Positions 18,170 through 27,300 of a DNA stretch of 64,000 nt are shown here, in pieces. The position numbers were made by a program, and so were the translations under genes. Origin of the DNA: Candidatus Woesearchaeota archaeon (GTDB lineage Archaea > Nanobdellota > Nanobdellia > Woesearchaeales > GW2011-AR9); assembly GCA_043797205.1 (NCBI GenBank), contig JAZDQB010000013.1, forward strand, positions 12,979 through 76,978, written 5' to 3'. The notes beneath the pieces were generated by a model. The model saw only the letters and a list, made by a program, of their open reading frames with translations. It did not search any database and was not told the DNA's origin. Position 1 is the first letter of the stretch. Each line of letters opens with the position of its first letter.

Positions 18170-18643
18170 TTAAGGTAAGATAGAGTTATTGAATTGTCCA
18201 TAATGACCTAATCCACAAGTTCCGCTCAATTCTTTATGCAATTGTAATATATCGGGGGTGAGATATTTTGGAGGAATGGCATGTAGCTTTTCTTCTCCAG
18301 AGCGGCAGTTAGCATCGATGATAAATCTTCTTTCCATATCGCTTTTTTCTCTACTTAACATCAAGGCCCAGTCCGCTAAATCACAATTACATTGGGCATG
18401 AAGATAATTTATTCTGGCTAACAATCTTTCGTCAGGAGATAGTTCTCTGGCTTTGTCTAGATCATCAAAAGCTAAAGAACAATTTCCTTTTTCAATAAGA
18501 TATTCTGCTCTGATCACGTAGTCAATAGAAGAAGTAGAATGGGGAGCTCCATATTTTCGGGCATATTCTTCATGGATTCCGGCCGTAGTTACTGGCCCAC
18601 ATCCTAAAGCAAAGAGAACTATTGCCGTTAAGCTTTTTCTCAT
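18170..18643 (-). CDS. Putative secreted lipoprotein
   Basis: Signal peptide with lipobox-like LFALGC. Cys-rich. Confidence 0.55.
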   Translation of the reverse strand: MRKSLTAIVLFALGCGPVTTAGIHEEYARKYGAPHSTSSIDYVIRAEYLIEKGNCSLAFDDLDKARELSPDERLLARINYLHAQCNCDLADWALMLSREKSDMERRFIIDANCRSGEEKLHAIPPKYLTPDILQLHKELSGTCGLGHYGQFNNSILP

Positions 18644-18700
18644 GTTTGCTGATAGATGAGAAAGAAGTTAATAAATTTGTTGGAAGAAAAATAAAAATGA

Positions 18701-18851
18701 CGCCACGACCCGGAAAATCAGATAAGAGATTTACACTCTTTATCATTTGAACCGGGATACCCTTGCGGGAACAAGCTGTATGGTAATCCTGTTTTCCAGG
18801 CCTACGCTCTTCTAAGAAGATTTGCGCATTACCAGGTTGTGCCATCGTGGC
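18701..18851 (-). tRNA. tRNA-Ser (anticodon GGA inferred) with three inserts (about 20, 16 and 31 nt)
   Basis: Acceptor GCCACGA/UCGUGGC plus discriminator G. D-loop AACCUGGUAAU. Variable arm UUCCCGCAAGGGUAU. T-arm CCCGG-UUCAAAU-[31 nt]-CCGGG. Loop CUGGAAA is recovered after removing two inserts. The anticodon stem CAAAU/GCUUG is weak. Confidence 0.7.
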
Positions 18852-18875
18852 GTAATAAGCTTTATTTGACTTTTA

Positions 18876-18884
18876 TTTATAAAA
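18876..18884 (-). promoter_or_regulatory. TATA box for tRNA-Ser
   Basis: TTTATAAAT about 25 nt upstream of the tRNA 5' end (18851). It overlaps the homing-endonuclease stop codon. Confidence 0.45.
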
Positions 18885-19491
18885 TTGTCGTAATTAATTG
18901 AAATCTCATTTGATGCTTAGGATTTAATAGGCCAATATTATTTTCAAAAGATATTAGTTTATTCTTTCCATTAATTTGTAGTCTGTAAAGATTATTCCAT
19001 TTTCCTTTTGCTTTGTGAGATAAATATATTTTTCCTTCTATCTTTTTTGAATTTAGGTAATCCTTAACCTGTTCTAAAAGTGGTTTTGATATACTTGAAA
19101 ATTCAATTCTAGGATATTCTGTTCCGTTATTATTCGTTATAACCAAACAACCATCAGTAGCAAAGTATCCCATTATAACTTCTTTCATATATTGTTCTAA
19201 GCAATCTGGGATAATTAAATTAATGCCTTTCTTACCAATAGGAAATCCTAACGAGTTTAATCTATTAAAAAGAGCTTTATCCGAGAACGATATTTCATAT
19301 TTGCCATATTCTTCTCTACTATTTACTTTGGTATCTCTAGTTCTAATCTTGGAGAGTAATTTCAATACAATATCTATTAATTCTTTGTCTGAATGAATAT
19401 CAAGGGTTAATATAACGTACCATCCTTTTCCGATCCGAGATAAACAACCGTCACCTAGCAAAAGACCATAAAGTAAGGCAATATCTTTCAT
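18877..19491 (-). CDS. Free-standing LAGLIDADG homing endonuclease (two-motif, monomeric type)
   Basis: LYGLLLGDGCL and IMGYFATDGCL. Own TATA box (TATATAAA, 19513..19520) 22 nt upstream of the ATG. Confidence 0.85.
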   Translation of the reverse strand: MKDIALLYGLLLGDGCLSRIGKGWYVILTLDIHSDKELIDIVLKLLSKIRTRDTKVNSREEYGKYEISFSDKALFNRLNSLGFPIGKKGINLIIPDCLEQYMKEVIMGYFATDGCLVITNNNGTEYPRIEFSSISKPLLEQVKDYLNSKKIEGKIYLSHKAKGKWNNLYRLQINGKNKLISFENNIGLLNPKHQMRFQLITTIL

Positions 19492-19585
19492 AAAAGAGCA
19501 ATAGTTTACTTGTTTATATACCTTAGCCGGAGTTGACCAGTGGGTAGTGGCTTCTTTAGATTAATCTATCAAAAAAAGAAAAAGC

Positions 19586-19763
19586 TGGCAACACCGGGAC
19601 TTTCCTGCATTGCAATTTGAACCCGGAACCTCCACGTAACCCAGTTGTTAGAGTTTAGTCATCGAACTTACGTTCTCATTGCTCAACTCATATGAGCCTC
19701 GCCCGGAGCATCATTCCATAGACGCAACCTGTGGCGCTATGAACCAGGTTAAGCTATGTTGCC
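19586..19763 (-). tRNA. tRNA with inferred CAU anticodon (elongator Met or Ile2) and three inserts (about 33, 53 and 16 nt)
   Basis: Acceptor GGCAACA/UGUUGCC plus A. D-arm UAGCUUAACCUGGUUCAUAGC. T-arm CCGGG-UUCAAAU-[16 nt]-CCCGG. Anticodon stem CCACA/CGUGG. Loop CUCAUAA only after removing two inserts. Central helix CUCA/UGGG is consistent with a 37/38 BHB. Confidence 0.6.
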
Positions 19764-19902
19764 AACTAATCAAATAGTTTTTAATCTGCTTTTATTAAGC
19801 TTTTGGTTAAAACAGGAGTAAGATTATTCTCAAAAAAACTCAAAAGAAAAAGAAAGGTTTTTAAAAGAGATTAAACCTATCTTAAAAAGACCGGGTCCCG
19901 AT

Positions 19903-20098
19903 GCGGGGGTAGCAAAGCCTGGTCAAACGCGCAGGACTTAAGTAAGGACACTCAGGTGAATGCTTGAGAAGTAATCCTGTCTCTTAGTGAGTTCGAGGGT
20001 TCGAATGCCCATTACGCTGGGCGAGCGTTGTCAAGTGGGGTACAAGACTCCACGAGCAACCTAGAAGCGTAGTGAAATCGAAAGTCCCTTCCCCCGCA
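19903..20098 (+). tRNA. tRNA-Leu(UAA) with two introns (31 nt at 37/38, 79 nt in the T-loop)
   Basis: Acceptor GCGGGGG/CCCCCGC plus A. Anticodon arm CAGGA-CUUAAG[31 nt]A-UCCUG. Variable arm UCUCUUAGUGAGUUC. T-arm GAGGG-UUCGAAU-[79 nt]-CCCUU. T-run follows. Confidence 0.8.
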
Positions 20099-20186
20099 GT
20101 TTTTCTTTTCCCACAAACTATATAAATAAACTTCATTTTTAAGTTAAAGTTACGCACATATAATAGGGACAATATACTGATTATAG

Positions 20187-20933
20187 GTGATTAAAATCGC
20201 AAAACAAACTGTAGAAGCCATGATTGAAGGAGGAAAAGCTAGTGCTGCTCCTCCTTTAGGACCCGCTTTAGGCCCGACTGGATTGAATATCGGTCAAGTT
20301 ATTACTGAAATTAACAAGAAAACTGCTGACATGAAAGGAATGCAGGTTCCGATAAAAGTTATCTTTGATGCTCAAGCTAAAACTTTTGAAGTAGAAGTGG
20401 GAACTCCGCCTACTACTGCTTTAATTAAGAAAGAAGCTGGAGTAGAGAAAGGAGCCAGTAATGCTAAAAATGAAAAGATCGCGGACTTAATGTTAGAACA
20501 GATTATCAAGATTGCTAGAATTAAAGAAGGAAACTTGGGTGGAAACACTATGAAAGAGAAAGTCAAAGAGGTTATTGGCACTTGTGTTTCTATGGGTATC
20601 TTAGTAGAGGGAATGAATCCTAAGGATGCCCTGAGAGCCATCGAAGCAGGCAAATTTGATGCTAAAATCAAATCAGGAAGAACTGAGTTGACGGAAGAGG
20701 AAAAACATCATATGGAAGAAGAGAAGAAGCGCCTGAAGGAAGAGATGGAAAGAAAGATGGTCGAGTACATGAATCGGGCCAAGGCCATCATGAAAGAAAT
20801 GGAAGGTAAAGAATCCAAGAAAATCCGTGCTAAGATGATGGAAGAGCAGATTCCCATGAAAATTGTGGACGAATTAGCACCAGCTCAGAAGGATAAAGCT
20901 GCTCCGGGCGCCCCTGCCGGTGGAAAGAAATAA
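20187..20933 (+). CDS. rpl11: Ribosomal protein uL11 with a roughly 85-aa Lys/Glu/Met-rich C-terminal extension
   Basis: GGKASAAPPLGPALGPTGLNIGQV... core. GTG start. Extension from about aa 165. Confidence 0.9.
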   Translation: MIKIAKQTVEAMIEGGKASAAPPLGPALGPTGLNIGQVITEINKKTADMKGMQVPIKVIFDAQAKTFEVEVGTPPTTALIKKEAGVEKGASNAKNEKIADLMLEQIIKIARIKEGNLGGNTMKEKVKEVIGTCVSMGILVEGMNPKDALRAIEAGKFDAKIKSGRTELTEEEKHHMEEEKKRLKEEMERKMVEYMNRAKAIMKEMEGKESKKIRAKMMEEQIPMKIVDELAPAQKDKAAPGAPAGGKK

Positions 20934-21031
20934 ACTTCTGTTATTTTTTTATATTTTTTTTGTTTAATTTATGATTTTTATAAAAATATTGTACCATTAA
21001 AAAATAAAATACTTAAAGAGAACAAAAATGA

Positions 21032-21256
21032 TTACCTTCTACCTTTAAGCTTATCCAGCTCATCGATCTCGGCTTTCTTAATAGCTAGAAGCGCTTCCGA
21101 CATCTTTTCCATTAAATCCCCTAATTGTTTGGTTTTTTGAAGTTGTTTTATCAATAAAGCGATTACTACAATCGCTTCTACTAGAAGTAAAAAGAGGATA
21201 ATAGTCAAAGCTAAAATTACTTCAATTAAAGGAACATCTACACCAAATACCAGCAT
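21032..21256 (-). CDS. Small membrane protein with coiled-coil tail
   Basis: 74 aa with one TM helix. Immediately downstream of the giant gene on the same strand. Confidence 0.45.
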   Translation of the reverse strand: MLVFGVDVPLIEVILALTIILFLLLVEAIVVIALLIKQLQKTKQLGDLMEKMSEALLAIKKAEIDELDKLKGRR

Positions 21257-21323
21257 TTTTTAAACCTCTTTCATACTTAGTTAATTTATTGGGGTTAATA
21301 AAACTTTTTGTTTTTAAGAGGTT

Positions 21324-24300
21324 TTATTTTAAGTCTATGTTGAACTCGTTAGCAGCGATAACTTCGCCACCATGATAAATCTTTGCCCGCAGTACTTCCT
21401 GCCCGTTATATTCTTTCGAATTGTATTTGAGCTGCTGAGCAAACACAAACACTTTTCCTTCTTTGAGCACATATGGTCCGTAAATATCTCCAAATTGCAC
21501 TCCCTTACTTCCTTTTTTACCTAGGCTGAACTCCAGCAGGTATTCGCTGCTGGTTTGTTTCAGATCTAATACTGCTGCTCCAGTTAAAGGATTGGTAGCT
21601 TGCCCTTCAATCTTTTTAGACAACTCTTCCGGAACGATAACTGCATACACATCAATAGTTTTCAGAGCAGTATCTACATCCACTGCCGTTCCGGAAACGG
21701 ACTTCTTTTCAATTTTCACTTCCTGCTCATTAACGGTTTCACCGAAAGTAGTGAACTGGATTTTCATCTGTTTTGGAGCGACTAAACCTTCTTTGATTTC
21801 TAAAGTCTTTTCTACCGTTTCTCCCGGATTAAGCAGGATTTGTTCAGGATTGACGATTTCTGCTTTCAATAATCTTCCCGTGATAGAATCAGGAGAATAA
21901 GAGATATCCGATATTTTGCTGAATAATGAATCTTCAGCGCCTAAAGTCTTACGGGTGATGATGAAATAAGGATCATCGGTCTGCTGGTCAAGTTCTGGGA
22001 AAAGCAGCATTCTTTTCTTACCGGTGTTTTGTAGAGTTATTTTTACTTGTGTAGTTTGGGTGTCCAAATTCTGGGAATATGATTCTATTTTCAAGAACTT
22101 TTTAGTTTCTTGAGCAGTAAGAGTTTCTGTGGGTACTACTTTGGGTGTAGTTCTAGCCGCTGCAGGTGGGGGAGCTTCAACTGCGGCCGTGGCGGCGGGA
22201 GCAACAGCAGCAACAGTAGTTCGACTGCTTCCTCCATGTTGAGTTAAGTATTCTTGTGCTCCAGTTTGATTTTCAGAAGGGCAACTAATAATTTTTGGTC
22301 CATAATCAGTTACTGAACCATTAACATTTGCTCCGTTGGTAACATTATAAGGATAATCACTTCCTGAATCACCATAACTATCATTGTTAGTGTCATTTAT
22401 ATCTAAATTACAAATATCGTCCCAAGTATTTCCCCACGGAACAGTAAGATTAGTTAAGTTGCCAGAATTGTTGTAAGTGATGTTCATAGAGGTATTAAAC
22501 AGGTTTCCCGCTACAGAGTAGACGTGATCTCTAAAAGAACTGTTAAAATTATTATAATATACATTATTTCCAGTACCAGAATTAATATTTATACCTACTC
22601 TATTATTTATAAAAGTATTATTAGTAATATTATTGTTATTACCCGTTAAACATATTCCGACAGTGGTAGATGAATCTCCTTCAAAGGTAACTCCACTAAT
22701 CTGAGAATTAGTTAAGATGGAAGCAACAGTACAAGAATCTAGTCCGACCAATCCCCCTGAGAAAGTACCATTGCTAATATTATAATTTTGTGTTGTGCCG
22801 TGTAATTGAGTAATTCCTTTTCCGGTAGAAGTAAGAGAAATAAAAAAGTTGGATAAAATCAATCCATTAGTGAAAGCGTAAGCATTAATCCCTGTTTCCA
22901 CCTCCGACATATTTATCTGATTAAAGGTGAGATTATATCCATAAATATTATCCGCATAGATTCCTGTGTTATAATCTTCCACTGTACATCCAGTTATACT
23001 TACATTTTGTACATCTCTAACTACAAAGGCCATTCCACTACCGCTTCCTTTGAGATGGGTATTATCGCAGGTTAGAGCGACATTGCTGGTAGCTAAACGT
23101 ATTATTCCATATGCTCCTGTATCAGGGATTTCCCAGATTCCTGGACAAAGTAACGTGTTCGAACTAATGGATAAATCATTATAAGGAATAGTACAAGTAA
23201 GATTTAACAAGACATTAACTGGAGTATTATTCGTTTGGGTTAGATTAATAAGGATATTATTAACTGAATAACCCGAACTGCCGTTGAAAAAAGTAGTAAT
23301 ATTTTGTGGAGTATAATAAAAAACACCTGAAGCATTTTTCTTTAACTCCGTTAATTCCAATCTTGCTAAACCATCAGCATCACTAATACGACTATCATCC
23401 ACATCTCCATTAGCTACAATTCTTCCGGTAGCGTTGCTGTTTTGTAAAGGGTAATTGCTACCATAAGTGACATTCATGGTTACATACCATTTCAAAAACA
23501 GGCTGGCCGTTCCGGTAATGGTAATGTTATTAATGTCTACAGATACGTTGATTAAAGTGTTATTAGTATAACCCTCATTGTTAACTTGGATAGCATTGGA
23601 AGAAGAATTGGCAATAACACTGTCTCGTATAATATTATTGTTAGAAGAATTAATCATCAAGCCAATTTGATTATTTAACAAAGTAATTCTACTGAGATTA
23701 CTGTTGTTAACTTGTCCGATTACAATCCCTTGAGTATAATTTCTAAGGGTTAAATCGTTTAGATTAATTCCTCGATGTCCATTTAAATTAATTCCTGTTC
23801 CCGAACCGTTTCCTTGAAGAGTATATCCATTCCCATTGATAATAATATTATCTGTTCCAACAGTAAAACAAGTTCCGGAACTGTTCAGATTACTGCCCAA
23901 AGTTAAATCTTGGTTTAAACTTATACCACAAGAAACTAAAGTTAAATTAAACGTAGCCGCAGTATTATGGGTTTCATCAATAAAAATATAACTGGAGTTG
24001 GTAGAAAAGTATCCGGGTTTAGAAACAACGATTCTTTGAGGAGTGATGTAGGTATATCCAAATTCGTTTTTATAAAACTCCGATACCGTCAGTCTAGTCG
24101 TACCCGAAAGAGAAGTGGTTTGGTTATCAGCTATAGAACCATCATAATTGTAGGCCACTGTGGTAACATTGGAGAGTGCATTCCCTCCGGTATCATTTAC
24201 GGTAACGTCGATATACCATCTTTTGGTTATTTTAGTAAAATCTTCAGAATAAATGCTACTATTAGTAGTGTTTACATCAGTAAGAATATTATTACTGCCC

Positions 24301-27300
24301 GAATCAAGATACAGATCATATCCACTGCTGTTTTGAATAGTTCCACTAGTAAAATTATTGTAGGAAGAGTCTTCAAAATATATCCCATTAGTATTATTTT
24401 GAAGTGTTAAGTTGGATAAGATGATATAACTCGATCCATACAAATAAACTCCTTTACTAAAGTTAAGTAAAGTAAAACTGTTTAAAGTTACATTACTAAC
24501 ATTCATAAAATAAAGTGCAGAACCGCTTCCGTTGCCTTGTATAGTAGTTTCATTTCCTTCAATCTGAATATTGCTACCGGTGATGGTAAAACAAGTTCCA
24601 CTTTTAGAAATATTTGCTCGTTGCAAGACCAGATTAGTAGTAATGGTAGTACAATTGCTATTGCCCAATAAGTTAATCAAAGAAATAGTATTGCTGGTTT
24701 GAGACAAATTAAAAGTAGTAGAACCATTATTGTATCCCGTTTTATTAACTACAATATTATGGGGAGTGGAATAAACTATAATATTATTTGAATCAGAATA
24801 TTCGGTTAAATTGAGCTGGGCTGCTCCTAGTGCATTTGAAAGAGCTACTGCTTCTGCTGCTCCGGTAAGATTATAAGCATTAATTTGTGCTCCAGAAAGA
24901 GGAAATTGGTTATTGGTAATATTAAAACTGACTTTCCATTTTACCACCAGATTGCTACTGCTATCAACATTAACTTTAGATTGATTGAAAGTAGCGTTTA
25001 TGGTCAGAAGAGTACTATTCTGCAGGGAACTAACATCTTTATTGCTGGCGTTATTAAAAACAGAATCGTAATAACTAATATTGGTGGCATTAAAAAGAAG
25101 TAGGTTGTTTTGAAAATTTCTTATCCCTAAATTAGTGATGGTAACATTATTCCTGTTAGTAAGATTTAATCCGCTACCGGTGCCATCTCCGATTATCTGC
25201 AGTCCATTTCCGTTGATAATCAGGTTGTTTGAAGTTACTTTAAAACAATCACCACTAGCGCTGATATTGGTGGGAGAAAAAGTCATCCCTTCAGTAATTT
25301 CACCGCATCCAGGATTAATAGTAAAATTAATCAGAGTGTTATTGGTTTGAGTAAGGTTTATACTCTGACTCATAGAAGAATAAAGATTTTTAGTAACATT
25401 AATGGTATAATTAGAGTGATAACTCTTTCCAGAATCGGATTCGAGATATTCTGGAAGAGAGAATCTTACTGCTCCAGAAGTGGGAGTAATTTGACTTTGG
25501 ATCAAACTTCCGGTAAGATTATAAGCAGAAATATTTGCTCCTGAAAGTAAATTTCCATCACCATCTCTTACATTTACATCTACATACCATTGGTTAGAAA
25601 GAGTACTATTTTCTCCAATAGTAGTAGCACTTTGTACGAAAGAAACATTATTGAAAGTATTGTTGCCGGAATTATTGGCTAAGAAGGCTGCTTTCTGATT
25701 ATTTGCAGTAATAATCGTATCATTAACATTATTTAAATTGGAGGAGGGTCCGAAGTAAAGGGCATTACTAAAGTTTTGAAGAATAATATTTTTGATAGTA
25801 ACATTCTCCACGGAAGATATATTTATCCCGCTACCGGAACCATTTCCGATTAAAGTATATCCGTTACCATCTAAATAAATGTTGGAAGCATTGATAATGA
25901 AACAATCTCCGGTTACCGTTAGATTATTAGTAAGGGTAGTGCTTCTGTTAATGACGTTGCAAGTAACTTTTCCTAATATTAAATAACTTTCTCCCGAATC
26001 GGTTATTTCGTTAGCATCCACCCCATATGCTCCAATAATTATATCTGAAAATCCGTCTCCATTTGCATCTCCCATCTGAACCGATTCTCCAGAGTATCCT
26101 GAAGAAGAAGCTCCATTTATAGTTACATTAGAAGAATTTATTAGCAAACCTCTAGGCAGACTGGGAGAACCATAAATTAAGTAAGTCTCACCTGCAGAAG
26201 AAATTCCGTTTGCGGAAGAGCCATAAGCGCCAATAAGAATATCCTCATATCCATCTTTATTATAATCTCCGGAAGAGAGAGCATAACCTGCGTAGGCGCT
26301 GTTTATGGTACCATTAATCGTTATATTCGCTTGCGTTTCTAATCGTATTGCACTTGGTAAGACCTCTGCACCGTATACCACGTCAACTCTACCTCTATCT
26401 GTCCCTCCTACATCTGCATTATATGCTCCGATAATGATATCTGCATATCCGTCTCCATTCATATCAGTAGAAGTAATGGCCGAACCGGAGAATTCTCCTG
26501 TAATGATTTCTCCATGTGTTCCATTAATGCTGACATTAGCATTAGCTACGGGAATAGAAGAAGAAAAAGAATTAGATCCATAAAACACATAGGTTATCCC
26601 GTTTTGGTTATGGCCACTCGTACCTGGATCATCATAACTATCTCCCAGAATTATATCTTTACAGCCGTCGCCGTTTATATCGCCAATAGCTATTCCATTT
26701 TCTCGAGTTAATAATCCCTTGCCACTAGAATTAAAAGTTACATTCGCATTATTGTAGTTAAAGCTGGAACTCCAACTGTTTCTCCCGTAAAAGATAAAAG
26801 CTTGACCATCATTCAGATAGTATGCTCCCACTATGAGATCCTTTAACCCGTCGCAATTAACATCCCCTATCTTGGTGCCACCACTTCCAAAATAATCGTA
26901 ATAATTAATTCCAGTAATGGTGACGTTGGCGTTAGTAAAATTTAATCCCGTTGGAAAGGAATAAGTTCCCCAAAAAATATATACTTTACCTTTTGAATAG
27001 GTATAATCTGAATCTTGACTGGCAGACATCCCAATAACTAAATCAGTTAGCGAATCATTGTTTATATCCCCACCGGAAAGAGATATTTTTGCAGAACCTG
27101 TAGATGAAACTATCCCATTAATGGTTACATTTGCTTGACTAAGATTAACCATACTCGGAATACCATTCGAACCACCATAAAAGATATACACTTTTCCTGC
27201 TCCAGAATATCCATTAGCAGTAGCATCAGGAGCACCTATAATCATATCATCATATCCGTCGTTGTTGATGTCGATAAGAGCTACCTCTTTTCCCGTACTC

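Noticed and set aside
19586-19610. The minus-strand sequence AGGAAAGUCCCGG resembles the RNase P RNA CR-I/P4 motif (GAGGAAAGUCCGGGC), with a possible CCGGCU partner at about 19530.
   Set aside because: The motif is fully explained as the end of the T-loop insert plus the 3' T-stem (CCCGG) of the CAU-tRNA. The flanking 8-bp helix is the tRNA acceptor stem. No S-domain or other P4 context exists.
18570-20172. Track ORFs 18570..18845(-) and 19984..20172(-).
   Set aside because: They lie over tRNA-Ser and tRNA-Leu respectively. The GC-rich RNA genes generate spurious open frames.
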